From the NCBI GenBank assembly GCA_035221665.1, contig CM069150.1, positions 37,138,001 to 37,202,000 of the forward strand: a stretch of 64,000 bases of DNA, given 5' to 3'. Below, in pieces: positions 36,343 to 50,148 of the stretch (position 1 is its first letter; each line of letters starts with the position of its first letter). The notes under the pieces are model-generated. The model saw nothing but the letters and a program-made list of their open reading frames with translations. It was not told where the DNA came from and searched no databases. Position numbers and translations under genes: made by a program. This DNA comes from Okamejei kenojei (Eukaryota).

Positions 36343-36720
36343 AGGGATCTCATTGAAACTTACAGAATAATGAAAGGCTTCGATAGAGTGGATGTGGAAA
36401 GGATGTTACCACTGGTGGGAGAGTCTAGGACCAGAGGTTACAGCCTCAGACTTAAAGGGCGCTCTTTTAAAAAGGAGGTGAGGAGGAACTTTAGTCAGAT
36501 GGTAGTTAATCTGTGGAACTCTGGCCACAGAGGACTGTGGAGACCTTCAGTGGATATTTTTAAGATAGACAAATTCTCGATTAGTGTGGGTGTCAAGGGT
36601 TATAGGGAGAAGGCAGGAAAATGGGATTAAGAGGTAGAGATCAGCCATGATTGAATGGCGGTGTAGACTCGATGGGCCAAACGGCCTAATTCTACTCCTG
36701 TAACGTGAGTTTGTGAACTT
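36343..36720 (+). mobile_element. CR1 3' fragment
   Basis: DLIETYRIMKGFDRVDVERM..SRTRGYSL. Confidence 0.85.
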
Positions 36721-38463
36721 GTTTCCCAATACAAGGTCCACTATGGGAAGTGCAAAACCACAAAGAGGATTGAGCAAAATAACGACCATTTTAAATTAGG
36801 GAATGAGGAAGCTAAAAGTAGTTCAGCAAGAAGAAGAGATGGGTTAATGGGACGTGCAAAATAGGTTGTGAGTAGCGCAGTGTGTATGAGCTAGAGATCA
36901 TAGTGTAAAAGATTGGAGAGTGACAAGGACTGTTGACTTTTGACACAAAGTGCTGGAGTAACGCAGCGGGTCAGGCAATATCTCTGGAGGAAAATAATGG
37001 GCAATGTTTCATGTCGGGATCCTTCTTCAGACCTACAGAACTGTTGACTATTCAAGATAATGGACCTTGACAAAGGGAATGTGGTTCAGAAGTCAGCTGG
37101 GGATCTTTTGGAAACTGTTTGTGCAGAGTCTGGCTCAATCCTTGTGCAGTAGAAAATGAAATTGACATGTTGGCTCTAAATTGGGTCTCATCCAAGATTA
37201 ATTGGCATAGAATCATTGGGGCAGCACAGACAATGGATGAAGCTGTGGTGCAGAGGTGGGGCTAGGTGTGGATAGCACAAATGTGGAAACTGAGCACACA
37301 GAGGTATCAGGTCAACAAATCCTGATATAGATCAACCTGATTTTACTGACTGTGGCAGGCAATCCCAATATCTTCACCGGCATTGAGCCATTTAAACCAT
37401 AATAAAATTTCCATATTTATGCACATAGATTCTGGGAATTAGATTCCAGGCAGACTCCACCTCGCCCCACTACAGTCTACATTTCACCCACCTAAGGAAT
37501 CTAATGGTAGAGCTAATTTCTTTCAGAAATTCCCACATGCCCTGTTGAGAAACTGCCACTAGCATCCTGCAAAATTCCCACCTAATTTCCATGATGATGC
37601 AAAGCTAGTGGATCATGAAGCAAAAGAAAAGGTAACTTTAAAATGTATTTCATTATTGATCTACTTCATGTTTAATAGTTTACAAATGTCTCTATCAGAG
37701 TCATTTAAATACAGTTAACTTCAATTAATGTCTTGAATAGAAGACAAAACTAAACTGCATACCTTACTTTGCCTTCTTCTAAATCTCATCAGGAACGCTT
37801 TGGGGCAGAGACTGCATTTCTGTGGTCTATTCTGGTCTGGATTAAATTCCAAATGCCATCGTTCTGCCCAGCTTTCCAGCTAATCTAAGTCTCACTGTAT
37901 CCTTAGACAACCTTCTTCACTATGTACAACTGTACATATTTTCAAATTCTCAGCAAATGAATTAATTATCCCGCTTACATTCTCATTCAAATCATTTGTA
38001 TGTAATAATAATATTCAACATTTTTAGAGAATTGCCAAAGGTGGGGTGGATTGAATAATTTATGAAGAAATGTTTTATGAACAAAATGGTACTATAACAA
38101 CATTTAAAAGATATTTGGACAGGTATATGGAGAGGAAAGGTTTCGAGCGATATGGACCAAACATGGGAAGATGGGACAGGTGTAAATGGGGCATCTTGGT
38201 TGGCATTGGCAAGTTGGGCTGAAGGGCCTGTTTCCATGCTGTATGGATCTACGGCTCTTTGACTCCATCACTCTAATTGTATCACAAAGTTTTGGATTAT
38301 AAATCAAAAGTTATGACTTCCAGTGGCGCTATGGAGAGCTAGAGGGTAACGCCAGCCAGCTCCTCGTAAAAAACGGAGAAAAATCGGGGAGAACCGATCT
38401 ACCTGCTGCCTGCTGTCTCTGCACCGATTGCTGTGAGTGACGTCATCAGGCGCACGGCTTACT

Positions 38464-39511
38464 ATGTCTACACAGCGCAGCCCACCCATGGATAAACCGA
38501 AAAGGAGGGCTACCAGGCTGAAACCGGGAGAAGGCTCGACTGAAGCCGCGGGCTCAGGTAGGACGTTATCCCAAGAAGATGTGACGAAAAAAACAACGAA
38601 AAAATCGGAAGGTGAAGAACTTAAAACTTTTATTGCATGTGAAGTTGCTGGTTTAAGGGAAGAAATAAAGCTGATGAATGTTGGTGAAGAAATAAAAAAA
38701 AATCAAGGAGGAAATGAAGGACTTAAAGCTTGAAATTAATACCAACTTTAATACCACGACTAAGAATACATCGGATGATTTGAAGAAAGAAATCGCAGAA
38801 ATAATGATTGGACTGGCAAAGGAGACGAATGATAAAATCAAAAATGTGAAAACTGATTTTGAAGAAAGGCTGAATCCTGTGGAACAGGCACTGAACCAAC
38901 AGACGATTGCCATAAAAGACCTTGAAGAACTAGCCAAAACAAGTGCTCAGACCACAGCAACGCTTATTACAGAAAATCAATGTCTAACTGAATTACTGGG
39001 CAAAATAACCGAGAAATGTACTGAATTGGAAGGTCGCCAGAGAAGACAGAACCTAAGAATTGCGGGTATTCCAGAAGGGAAAGAGAAAGATCAAGATCCC
39101 CGAGAATTCACTGCAAATTTACTGCAAAATGTTTTATCTCTGGATCAAAAGCCTTTACTAGCCGGAGCACATAGAGCGATGAGACGTCAAACAAGACCAA
39201 ACGCTCCCCCAAGACAAATGATAATAAAAGTACAGTACAACCACGTCTTGGAGGAGATAATGCAAAAAACATCAAGAAACAGAAGTCTTGCATTTGAAAG
39301 GCACAGGATCAGTATTTATCGAGACTATCCAGCAGAGATCTCCAGGAAACGAAAAGCGTTTAATGAGACTAAAAGTATCTTGAGGGAAGTGGAGAATTTG
39401 AAATATGGTCTGAGCTATCCAGCTACCCTAAGAGTCACTTACAACAAGAAGGAGCATTATTTCACCAATCCTGTGGAAGCATTGGACTTTGCCCAGAAGA
39501 TTAAGGCTTGA
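38464..39511 (+). pseudogene. L1 ORF1 (coiled coil, RRM, CTD) with a frameshift near the A-run at ~38695
   Basis: LEGRQRRQNLRIAGIPEG, AHRA, ISIYRDYP..ISRKRKAF, YGLSYPATLRV. Confidence 0.88.
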
Positions 39512-41931
39512 GAGGATGCTTGATGCCTCACCATTGAATAAACTGACTTTGCAGGACTGGATGGAATTGAAGTGGTGACTAAGGAAGCTGGAGAAAGATG
39601 TGGATCGGAAACTCTCCCATGGATACTAATAATTAGTATAACTGCACTACTAATAAAAATAACTAATAAATACTAAAATTATACCATGGTATCTTTACTA
39701 ATCAGAATTAATAATTATCACTGATGACTAATGTTTATTTATAATGGAATGATTAGAGTCAAATGTAGAGTTTGTTTTCATTTGTCCTGTTTGGAAACCT
39801 TCTTTCCTTTTTACTAGTAATTTTCATTTTTATTTTCTTTTTCCCTTTCTTTTCGTTTTTTTTTAAAATTAGGTTTTCAAACAAGTTTTAAATATATGTA
39901 TCCTCACATTTCAGACTATTGTAACCCGAATATTTTAAAATTTAATATCCCCAGTAAAATATTGCTATGGAATAAAAATTCCAAGAAACAAAGGAGCTGG
40001 TTAAGTTCATAATATCAACTACGGAAGTCGGTAGATGGTTAGCCATGCTAGTATGGCTAGCACTAACTACACTAATACTAGATGTAGTTTTTTCCTTCTT
40101 TGTGCACAATACTAATTTCTTAACCTATCCTCTTTTCTTCTCTATTATAAACTATCATTATTATTTTCAGTTTGAATGGAGTTACAAATTGGATCAAAGG
40201 AGATATACACGTGAGAGACATTCAAGGGTCTTAACATTCGTCTATTCGGAGTTCAGGTGCAAGGTCGGGTGTGTCGAACTGAACCATTGACTCTATTATA
40301 GACCCCCATAGACAAAAGATGCAAGATTTATAAATGAATACGGGGAATGAAGGAATAACGTTTTGCAGCTGGAACGTTAAAGGTATTAATGAACCAATTA
40401 AGAGAGGTAAAATATTAGCACATTTAAAAGCTGATGTGATTTTCATTCAAGAAACACAGTTAAAAAAAGATGCCGAGCATAGGCTGAAAGCTAAATGGAT
40501 AGATAAAACGTATCATTCTTCTTTTACACACAAATCAAGAGGCGTAGCAATATTATTTCGTAAAGGCACTTTATTCAAACATACATCAACTATAACTGAT
40601 AATGATGGCAGATACATTATTGTAATAGGAGAATTAAATGCACAAAAAATGATTTTTGTCAATGTATATGAACCAAACTTTGATAGTCCACTGTTTTTTA
40701 AGAAAATATTTAACAACATCCGGAAATAGCACAACCTAATTTAATAATTGGAGGAGATTTAAATTGTACATTAGATTCCTATTTAGACAGATCCACAAGA
40801 CAAAGGAAAACCAAATTCCATTCCAGTGACTTATTAAATGCATATATGGATACTAGTAATATTAAAGATGTTTGGAGCGTAGAAAATCCAACTGGACGAG
40901 AATATTCATTTTATTCACCTGTACATGAAACCTATTCAAGAATAGATTATTTTTTGGTTGACGCTAAACTTATCTCACTCACTTATAATTCAAAATACCA
41001 TAATATTACAATCTCAGATCACGCACCTTTAACATTTATGATTAAAATAAATGGTAAAACGGAAAAACGGGGACAATGGAGATTTAATCCACAAATTTTA
41101 AAAAACAAAGCTACTCAGGAATATATTATAGAACAGATCAAGATTTTCTTTGAAATAAATGATAAACCGGAAATATACTCTTCCCTATTATGGGAAACTT
41201 TTAAAGCATATACCCGTGGAATTATGATTTCTTCTCAAGCATGTTATAATAAAATGAATCGGAGGGAACAACAGGAATTGGAAAAGGAGATTAAACAATT
41301 AGACACAGAGAACGCTGCTAATCCATCCATAACAACACATAATAAAATCGCTGCACTGAAATATAAATTAAATAAAATATACTCAGATCACGTTGTAAAA
41401 CTCTATCAATACACTAAACAATTACAATTTGAATTTGGAGATAAACCTCAAAAATTATTAGCTCGTCAATTAAGAAAGATGGAGGGAGAAAAAATAATCC
41501 ATAGGATTAAATCATATAATGGCAAACCATTAGTACAACCTAAAGATATTAATGAGAGATTTTTGCAATATTGTAAACATTTATATTCAGCTAAAACGAC
41601 CGAAAACAGGATAGGAATAGAAGCATTTTTAAAAAAATGTAATCTGAATGGGTTGGATTCACACAATAGAGAATCACTAAATGCTGAAATTTCAGTAAAA
41701 GAAATCGAAGAATCTATCAGATTATTAAAAACTGGTAAAACACCGGAACCAAATGGTATTGGCTCAGAATTTTATAAAATATTTTATGATCTGATTGCAC
41801 CACGTCTGAAGATACTCTAATGAATACATTTATACTCACCAGAAACTAGCAGAAACGTTAAATGAATCTATTATAACACTTATACCTAAAATAGACAAAG
41901 ATCTGGATGACCCAGGATCATATAGAGCTAT

Positions 41932-44170
41932 GGGGGTTACACAAAAGGCTGGAGAAACTCAGCGGGTGCAGCAGCATCTAAGGAGCGAAGGAGATAGGCA
42001 ACGTTTCGGGTCGAGACCCTTCTTCAGACTGGTCAGGGAAACAAGAGATATAGACGGTGATGTGGAGAGATAAAGAACAATGAATGAAAGATATGCAAAA
42101 AAGTATCGATGATAAAGGGAACAAGCCATTGTAAGCTGTTTGTGGTGTGTAAATGAGAAGCTAGTGCGACTAGGGTGGGGGAGGGAGATAGAGGGAGAGG
42201 GAATGCCAGGGCCCGAGGGCTGAGGGAGAGGTGGAAAGGGGAGGAGACAGCAAGGGTTAACAGAATTGAGAAAATTCAATGTTCAAGCCCAAAGGATGCA
42301 GACTCCCCAAGCGGAATATGAGGTGCTGTTCCTCCAACTTGCGGTGTTGCTCACTCTGGCCGTGGAGGAGGCCCAGGACCGAGAGGTCGGATACGGAATG
42401 GGAGGGGGAGTTGAAGTGCTGAGCCACCGGGAGGTCGGGTTGGTTTTTGCAGACCGAGCGGAGGTGTTCGGCGAAACGATCGCCAAGCCTCCGCTTGGTC
42501 TCACCGATATAGATCATCTGGCATCTGGAGCAGCGGATGCAGTAGATAAGGTTGGAGGAGGTGCAGGTGAACCTCTGTTGGACCTGGAAGGACTGCTTGG
42601 GTCCCTGAAAGGAGTGGAGGGGGGAGGTGAAGGGACAAGTGTTGCATTTCTTGCGGTTGCAAGGGAAAGTGCCCGGGGAAGGGGTAGAGCGGGAGGGGAG
42701 GGAAGAATTGACAAGGGAGTTGCGGAGGGAGCGGTCTTTGCGGAAGGCAGACGGGGGGGGGGGGGGGGGGAGATGGGAAGATGTGGCGGCTGGAGGGGTC
42801 ACGTTGGAGGTGGCAAAACTGGCGGAGGACTATGTGTTGTATTTGCCGGCTGGTGGGGTGAAAGGTGAGGACCAGGGGGACTCTGCCCTGTTTGCGAGTG
42901 GGGGAATGGGGAGAGAGGGCAGTGTTGCGGGGTATGGAGGAGACCCTGGTGCGACCTCATCAATAGTGGGGGAGGGGAATCCCCGTTCTCTGAAGAATGA
43001 GGCCATTTGTGATGACCTGGTGTGGAACACCTCATCCTGGGAGCAGATGCGGCGTAGACGAAGGAATTGGGAATAGGGGATGGAGTCCTTATAGGAAGCA
43101 GGGTGGGAGGAAGAGTAGTCCAGGTAGCTGTGGGAGTCAGTTGGTTTGTAGTGGATGTCGGTCAGGAGTGTATCACCTGCAATAGAGATGGTGAGGTCAA
43201 GGAATGGTAGGGAAGTGTCGGAAATGGTCCAAGTGTATTTGAGTGCCGGATGGAAGTTGGTGGTGAAATGAATGAAGTCAGTCAGTTATGTGTGGGTGCA
43301 GGAGGTGACACCAAAGCAGTCGTCGATGTAATGGAGGTAGAGGTCGGGGATGGGGCCCTGGTACGCCGAGAACAAGGATTGTTCAACGTACCCAACAAAG
43401 AGGCAAGCGTAGCTGGGGCCCATGTGTGTGCCCATAGCTACGCCTTGTGTTTGGAGGAAATGGGAGGAATCAAAAGAGAAGTTATTGAGGGTAAGGACAA
43501 ACTCCGCTAGGCGGAGGAGGGTGTCAGTGGACGGGTATGGGTTGCTCCTCTGGTCGAGGAAGAACCGGAGGGCTTTGAGACCGTCCTGGTGGGGGATGGA
43601 GGTGTAGAGTGACTGGACGTCCATGGTAAAGATGAGAGGATGGGGGCCTGGAGAATGGAATGCACGGAGCCGATGGAGAGTGTCTGAGGTGTCTTGAACA
43701 TAGGTGGGGAGGAATTTAACAAAGGGGGATAGGATGGCGTCAAGGTAGTAGAAATGTGTTCAGTGGGGCACGAACAGGCAGAGACAATGGGTCTGCCAGG
43801 GCAGTCGGGTTTGTGGATTTTGGGGAGAAGGTAAAATCGGGCCGTGCGGGGCTGGGAAACGATGAGGTCGGAGGCTCGGGGGGGGTAGGGAGCCGGAGCT
43901 GATGAAGTCGGTTATGGTGCTCGAGATGGTGGCCTGGTGTTCGTCAGTGGGGTCATGGTCCAGGGGTAAGTAGGAGGAGGTGTCCGAGAGTTGGCGCGCG
44001 GCCTCCGCTTTGTAGAGATCGACGCGCCAGACTACCACGGCACCTCCCTTGTCGGCGGGTTTGATAACCCAGTCTGGGTTGTTACGGAGTGAGTCGATGG
44101 CAGTACGTTCGGGGCTGGAGAGATTGGAGTGAGACAGGGGAGTGGAGAAGTCGAGGCGGTTGATGTCCCG
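41932..44170 (-). mobile_element. Penelope (Poseidon-like) retroelement, 5'-truncated: RT, GIY-YIG endonuclease and 3' repeat
   Basis: IKPADKGGAVVV, MDVQSLYTSIP, GVAMGTHMGPSYA, YIDD, NLIYCIRC..YIGETKRRL..RFAEH; 10-bp TSD ATAGAGCTAT (41922-41931 and 44171-44180). Confidence 0.95.
42000..42027 (-). ncRNA. Minimal type-I hammerhead ribozyme motif, best-preserved copy
   Basis: Minus strand reads CUGAAGA-A-GGGU(CUCG)ACCC-GAAAC-GUU: core, helix II, palindromic AACGUU helix III and an NUH site. Confidence 0.7.
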
Positions 44171-47100
44171 ATAGAGCTATAGCTCTTTTAAATACTGATC
44201 AAAAGATACTAACCAAAATATTAGCACAAAGACTAAGTACAGTTATTAATAAATTAATTCACCCCGATCAAACAGGATTTATACCAAAACTATATTCCTC
44301 ACATAACCTGAGACGATTATACAATATTATATATTCGAAAAGAGGTATTAATAAAGACCTAGTAATTATTTTGTTAGATGCGGAGAAAGCCTTTGACCAG
44401 GTGGAATGGTCTTACTTGGTTTTGGTTATGGAAACTTTTAAGTTGGGAGAGAAGTTTATTACTTGGGTTAAATTATTATACACTAATCCAACAGCCAGAA
44501 TAATAACAAATCAAATGCTATCAACTAAATTTAATCTATCTCGAGGCTGCAGACAAGGTTGTCCTTTATCCCCACTACTGTTTGCACTTGCAATAGAACC
44601 ATTAGCTCAACGTGTGAGATTACATCCTGAAATATATGGGTATGACACCAGAGATACCGAAAATAAAATCTCCTTATATGCGAATGATGTATTACTTTAT
44701 ATTACAAAACCGGAAATTAGTATCCTAAATTTACTAAAATTATTAACTGAATTTGGATTATTTTCAGGATATAGTATTAATTGGAATAAAAGTGAACTTA
44801 TGCCAATAATGGTAAATAACTTACATATATTACAACAATTTCCTTTTAAGATAGCAAACAAAAAAATCAAATATCTTGGAATTTATGTAACAAAAAGATT
44901 TGATTCTTTATTTAAATCCAATTTTCCACTCTTATTGAATAAATTAAATAAGAACATTTTATAATGGAAAACACTACCCAGCTCAATGCTAGGTAGAATT
45001 AATGCAATAAAAATGATTTTTCTTCTGCAATTACTATATCTTTTCCAATTGATTCCGATATATCTTCCTAAAAATTTCTTTAAGAAGGTGGATTCTATAG
45101 TCATCAACTTTATCTGGGATTATAAGAGCCATAGAATAAATAAAAAACATTTATGTAAATCAAAAATAAATGGAGGTCTAGCACTGCCAAACTTTATGTT
45201 TTATTACTGGGCAGTTAATATTAAAAATATGAATTTTTGGTTAGTAGAGACAGATAAACAACCAATCTGGTTAAAAATGGAAAAAGAAGATTGTTCGCCT
45301 TTTGAAATTAGTTCGATTTTATTCGCCAATATTTAAACTAGGTAAGAAAATCTATAGTGAAAACCCTATAATAGAAAGTGGAATGCGTATCTGGAAACAA
45401 ATAAAGAAAATATTAAAATCGGAATGTATACCCCTAGCCCTTACCATTGTAAATAACATTACATTTAAACCCTCAATGATGGACAAAGGTTTTTTACAAT
45501 GGAAAAACTATGGAATTAATAAGATGGGCGATCTCTACAGGGAAAATTCTTTCCTTTCATTTCAAGAATTACAACAAATTTATGGATGACATTCAAAAGA
45601 TTACTTTAGATATTTACAAATTAGAGACTACGTAAAAGCAAACACACAGGAAATTAGAAATAGAAAGACAGAAATTTTAGATGAATGTCTAAATAAACAC
45701 CCGAACATAGAAAAATTGATATCATATATTTATAATATTTTATTGGAAAACGATGTCCCAATGACAGAAATATATAGGCAATCATGGGAAAACGAATTAG
45801 GTAAAATCATTAGACCTGAAGTATGGGATGAAAGTTTACAACATATACACCACTGCTCGTTAAATGCTAGACACTCTCTTATACAATTTTAAATATTACA
45901 TAGACTACATTATTCAAAATCCAAACGACATAGTATTTTTTCAAATGTATCTGCCATATGTGATAAATGTCAACACTTAGAAGCTAACTTAACGCACTCA
46001 TTTACAAATTGTGTAAAAATTACTAAATTTTGGACAGAAATATTTAAGATAATTTCGAATGTTGTTAATATGAATCTGATCCCTGACTCAAAGTTAATAA
46101 TACTGGGAATATTAGAAACAGATCAATTAATAACAACGAATCAAAGAATGTTTATTGATTACAGTTTAATAATTAGGAAAAAGTTAATATTGAAATTCTG
46201 GAAAGGTCCTACATCCCCCACAATCAAAATGTGGATTACAGGAATGTCGGAGACACTTCATCAAGGAAAGATTAAGGCTTGTCCTACTCCACAAGTTGGA
46301 TCTTTTCAGAGGAATATGGTCTCCATTTATTGAATATCTAAAGGGTCAAAATGGCTCGGTGTGAGAGCCTGACTAAAGCCGGAATAATGGAATAGATGAA
46401 GAATCACGTATAACAAATCATGGATATATCTCCAATGATGGATAACTTTTTTAATACTCCACTCATTTCTTTATTTTTGATTTCCTACTTTTACTTTATT
46501 TTTCTCTATCTTTTTCTACCTGCAAAAAAAATGTATAGAAATATATAAGACATAATTGTTAATATTAATAATATTACGAATGTATGTGAGAAGTATATTC
46601 TATTAATATGTACTTACGTCTAATAAAAATATTTAACAAAAATAAATCAAAACTTATCCTAGGATTACATGACTTTTGAGTCATCAACGCACAGGTTTTG
46701 TGCATGCCACCAGTAATAATGATTGGTTATTATTGTCCAAACTCATCTAAACCTAATTTGTATTGCCACTGATTGTACAAGGTGAACACTTTGTGAAGCA
46801 CTGGAGTCCTTAGCCCCTGCTATTTGCACTACAAAGATTTATTTTACTTCTTCATGCAGGTTACTTGAGCATTTACAACAGACTAAACTGGTTGTACTCG
46901 TTTTACAAACGGCAAACATATTTTCAGACTACTGCGAGCCAGAAATATGCAAAAGTACCATATTTTTAGAATCCATGAACTGATGTCCAGTCTCATAATT
47001 ATTGTGAGTCAAAAAGCAAGTTTAAAATAAAATTCAAGCCGCAGTCTAAAATGGTTAAATTTGTCAATAAAACAAGAAATGTTAATCCAGATTATTAGAA

Positions 47101-47829
47101 AGTAATTTTAGTTACCACCCTCAAAAACAAGAAACATTATTCATGCTGCTGTAGTTCTTTCCTCTCCTGATGCACCCTTTTTTTGATACTTTGTTAGTGC
47201 ATTAAATCAGGGTCCAATGATTTCAAAAGTAATCTTGTGCCTACAATGTAAAAGTTGCTGCTTCGGTAGTGCTTTGGAGAACGCAAACTAGAAATATCAT
47301 TTATAAGGACTATATTAAGTGTTTTATGAATCACTATATTTCTGCTTTGTTCTGTTTTAGAGCTTTAAAAAAAAAACTCACACTGAGAAAGGATAGCTGG
47401 ATGGAGCTCAACAGCGCCAATGTGGTTGAAGAAAGAGTTGCAGCCGTACCAGAAATAGTTTGTGCAACCGTCTTCACCTACTTTATCATTGGTTCTTACA
47501 TCATCGTTATACATGGTGGTGTTTGCTCATGATTGCACAATGTTCAATTATAATTACTGAAAAATATAGAATTCTGCATGCATGCATGCAACAAAAACCA
47601 GACGCCTTTCATGCACGGGCTGATAAGTGATGAGTAATGTTTATCCCAAACAAGTAACAAGCAATAGTATAGCATTTATTTACCTTCCCATCACATTCAA
47701 CAGTATATCTATTGCTGAACTCCTCAACCAGTAATATCCTAGAGGTCTTAATTGATCAGAAACTTAACTGGACCAACCACATAATTACTGCAGCTATAAG
47801 GTCATGGCCTGTGCTGCAGTTATGGACTT

Positions 47830-48050
47830 ATCTTCCAATACCATTTTGTGTTTCCTTCATCATCATTACTTTTGTGCATATTTTTCATTCATTTGTTCTA
47901 TCTCCCTCTATATCACCATCTATATTTCTTGTTTTCCTTTCCCCTGACTCTCAACCTGAAGAAGGGTCTCGACCCGAAACGGCACCTATTCCTTTTCTCC
48001 AAAGATGCTGTCTGACCTGCTGAGTTACCCCAGCTTTTTGTGTCTATCCA
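47830..48050 (+). mobile_element. Penelope 3' end with hammerhead motif (47956-47983; GUC changed to GGC)
   Basis: CTGAAGAAGGGTCTCGACCCGAAACGGCACC and the shared tail. Confidence 0.8.
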
Positions 48051-48149
48051 AGACCATTTTGCTATGTGAAAGGCACAAGTCAGGGATATGATATATTACT
48101 ATATCGCCTATGTGGATGAGTGACCAGGGAAATTAGAGAATTAATTCTT

Positions 48150-49680
48150 CATTGAGTGTAACTTCAACCTGACAATGATGAAGGCCAAGGACAGAACGAT
48201 TGCTATGGGAATGGGAGGGGGGTGTTAAAGTGGTTAGCAACCAGAAGATGCAGCAGGTCTTGGTGGAAAGAGCGCAAGTATTCAGTGAAACGCTTGCCGA
48301 GTGTGCTCTTGGTCTCACCGATGTCAAGGAGGTCACATCAGGAGCACCGAGCAGCAGTAGACGGGGTTTGAAGAGGTGCATGTGAACATCTGTCTCACCT
48401 CGAGGGGCTGCTGGGATCCCTGGATGGAGGTGAGGGAGGAGGAATCGGGTCCTACGGTTGCAGGGGAATGTACCTGAGGATGGTGCAGTTTTGGTGTGGT
48501 GGGGCTTTGCTGGCTTTACTTTGCGCTAAAAGTTGTTCCAATATCATGTATCTATACATTGTAAAATTATCGATTGTAATCACGCATTGTCTTTCTGCTG
48601 ACTGGTTAGCACGCAATAAATGTTTTTCACTGTACCTTGGTACACGTGTCAATAAACTAAACTGGGCTTATAGTCACTGGAATTTAGGATGAGAGGGGAT
48701 CTTATAGAAACCTATAAAATTCTTAAAGGGCCTGTCCCACTTGGGCGACCTAATCCTCGAGTTCTGGCGAATTTGCCCTCGACTCATACTCGCAGCATGG
48801 TTGACACGAGATTGTAGGAGGTCTTCGTAACTCTACTTCATGCTCGAGAGTGGTCTCCGCGTACTCGAGACCTCAGCTAGGTTGCGGCGTTTTTTTCAAT
48901 ATGTTAAAAAATGCCCGCGAGTAGAAATAGGTCGCCATGGAAAAAATCGATACTTTTTTTACTCGTAGGTTTAGTCGTAGTAGGTAATCGCGGGTAGTCG
49001 TTGATAGTCTTCATCATAGTCGAAGGGAGGTCGAAGGAGATCGAAGGAGGTTGTCTTCACTCTCCACTGTCCAATTTTCCCGAAGTTAGTCGTAGCTGGT
49101 CGTAGCTAGTTGAAGGAGGTCGAAGGAGGTCTTCAACATGTCATTTTTTAAAAACGCTTCTAAACTCGCCAATTTGGTCGCCCAAGTGGGACAGCCCTTT
49201 AAGGGGTTGGACAGGCTAGATGCAGGAAAGAAAATTCAAGATGTTGGGGGAATCCAGAACCAGGGGTCACAGTTTAAGAATAAAGGGTAGGCTATTTAGG
49301 ACTGAGATGAGGAGAAACCTTTTCACCCAGAGTTGTGAATCTGTGCCACAGAAGGCAGTGGAGGCCAATTCACTGGATGTTTTCAAGAGAGAGTTAGATA
49401 TAGCACTTAACGCTAACAGAATCAAGGGATATGGGGAGAAAGCAGGAACCCTGTACTGATTTAGGATTATCAGCCATGTTCATATTGAATGGCGGTGCTG
49501 GCTCGAAGGGCCGAATGGCCTACTCCCGCACCTATTTTCTCTGTTTCTAAACTGAACTGGAGTAAAAAGGGATGAGTGAACCAAGGAGCTGTGGGAGTGA
49601 AGTCTGCGGAATGGGGTGGGAAAAGAAAGATATGGCTGGTGGTGGGATCATGTTGAAAGTGGTAGAAATGTCACAAAAGG
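48150..49680 (-). mobile_element. Old Penelope fragment carrying nested LINE tail, CR1 3' end (48667-49548) and a MITE
   Basis: GIY-YIG-like text at 48150-48480 resumes near 49560; CR1 text AAAATTCTTAA|GGGGTTGGACAGG is split by the MITE. Confidence 0.65.
48727..49199. mobile_element. PIF/Harbinger-type MITE
   Basis: TIR AGGGCCTGTCCCACTTGGGCGACC / GGTCGCCCAAGTGGGACAGCCCTT; TAA TSD supported by the uninterrupted CR1 text at 15250-15270. Confidence 0.88.
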
Positions 49681-49779
49681 TCAACTTAAATGCTACCCCA
49701 TCTTTACATTAAGCATTTACTCCTCTCATCTCTATATTGTGACTGCAGTATGCATCAATTGGAAAACTAATTGGAGTTA

Positions 49780-50148
49780 TGCCCCTGTCCCACTTAGGAG
49801 ACCTAAACAGCAACCTCTGGTAACCTTGCCCGCCACCCAAAAAAAAATCAAGGTCGAGGTGACCTGCAACCTCCTCCCACCTCCCATGCATATGTTGAAA
49901 TCCTTCCTCGACTATGACCTGCGACAAAAAAATTATCGATTTTTAAAACGGCAACCTATTTTTAGTCGAGGCCGGTTTTAATCATGATGAAAAAATAACA
50001 GCAACCTAAATGAAGCCTCGACCACGCGAAAACCACTTTTGACCATTGGGGAGAGTGACCAAAACCTCCGGTGACCTCATGGAAACCTTGGGTGGCGGGC
50101 AAGGTCACCAGAGGTTGCTGTTTAGGTCTCCTAAGTGGGACAGGGGCT
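49780..50148. mobile_element. PIF/Harbinger-type MITE with ~60-bp TIRs
   Basis: GCCCCTGTCCCACTTAGGAGACC..CCACCCAA and its reverse complement; TTA TSD. Confidence 0.88.

Larger units (their letters stand above)
40334..46375 (+). pseudogene. L1 ORF2 (APE endonuclease, RT, CCHC), disrupted
   Basis: SWNVKGIN, IFIQET, GGDLN, YSRIDYF, SDHAP; DAEKAFD, QGCPLSP, YAND (YADD mutated); CDKCQHLEANLTHSFTNC; several stops and a 2.2-kb insertion. Confidence 0.9.
38315..46641 (+). mobile_element. Full-length L1-clade LINE, inactive, interrupted by a Penelope
   Basis: Starts GACTTCCAGTGGCG; TSD ATAAATCAAAA(G/C)TTAT at 38299-38314 and 46642-46657; ORF1, ~820-bp spacer, ORF2, AATAAA. Confidence 0.95.

Noticed and set aside
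47269-47532. Possible host exon (AG before ALKKKLTLRKDSWMELN)
   Set aside because: No recognisable protein similarity and no convincing donor site.
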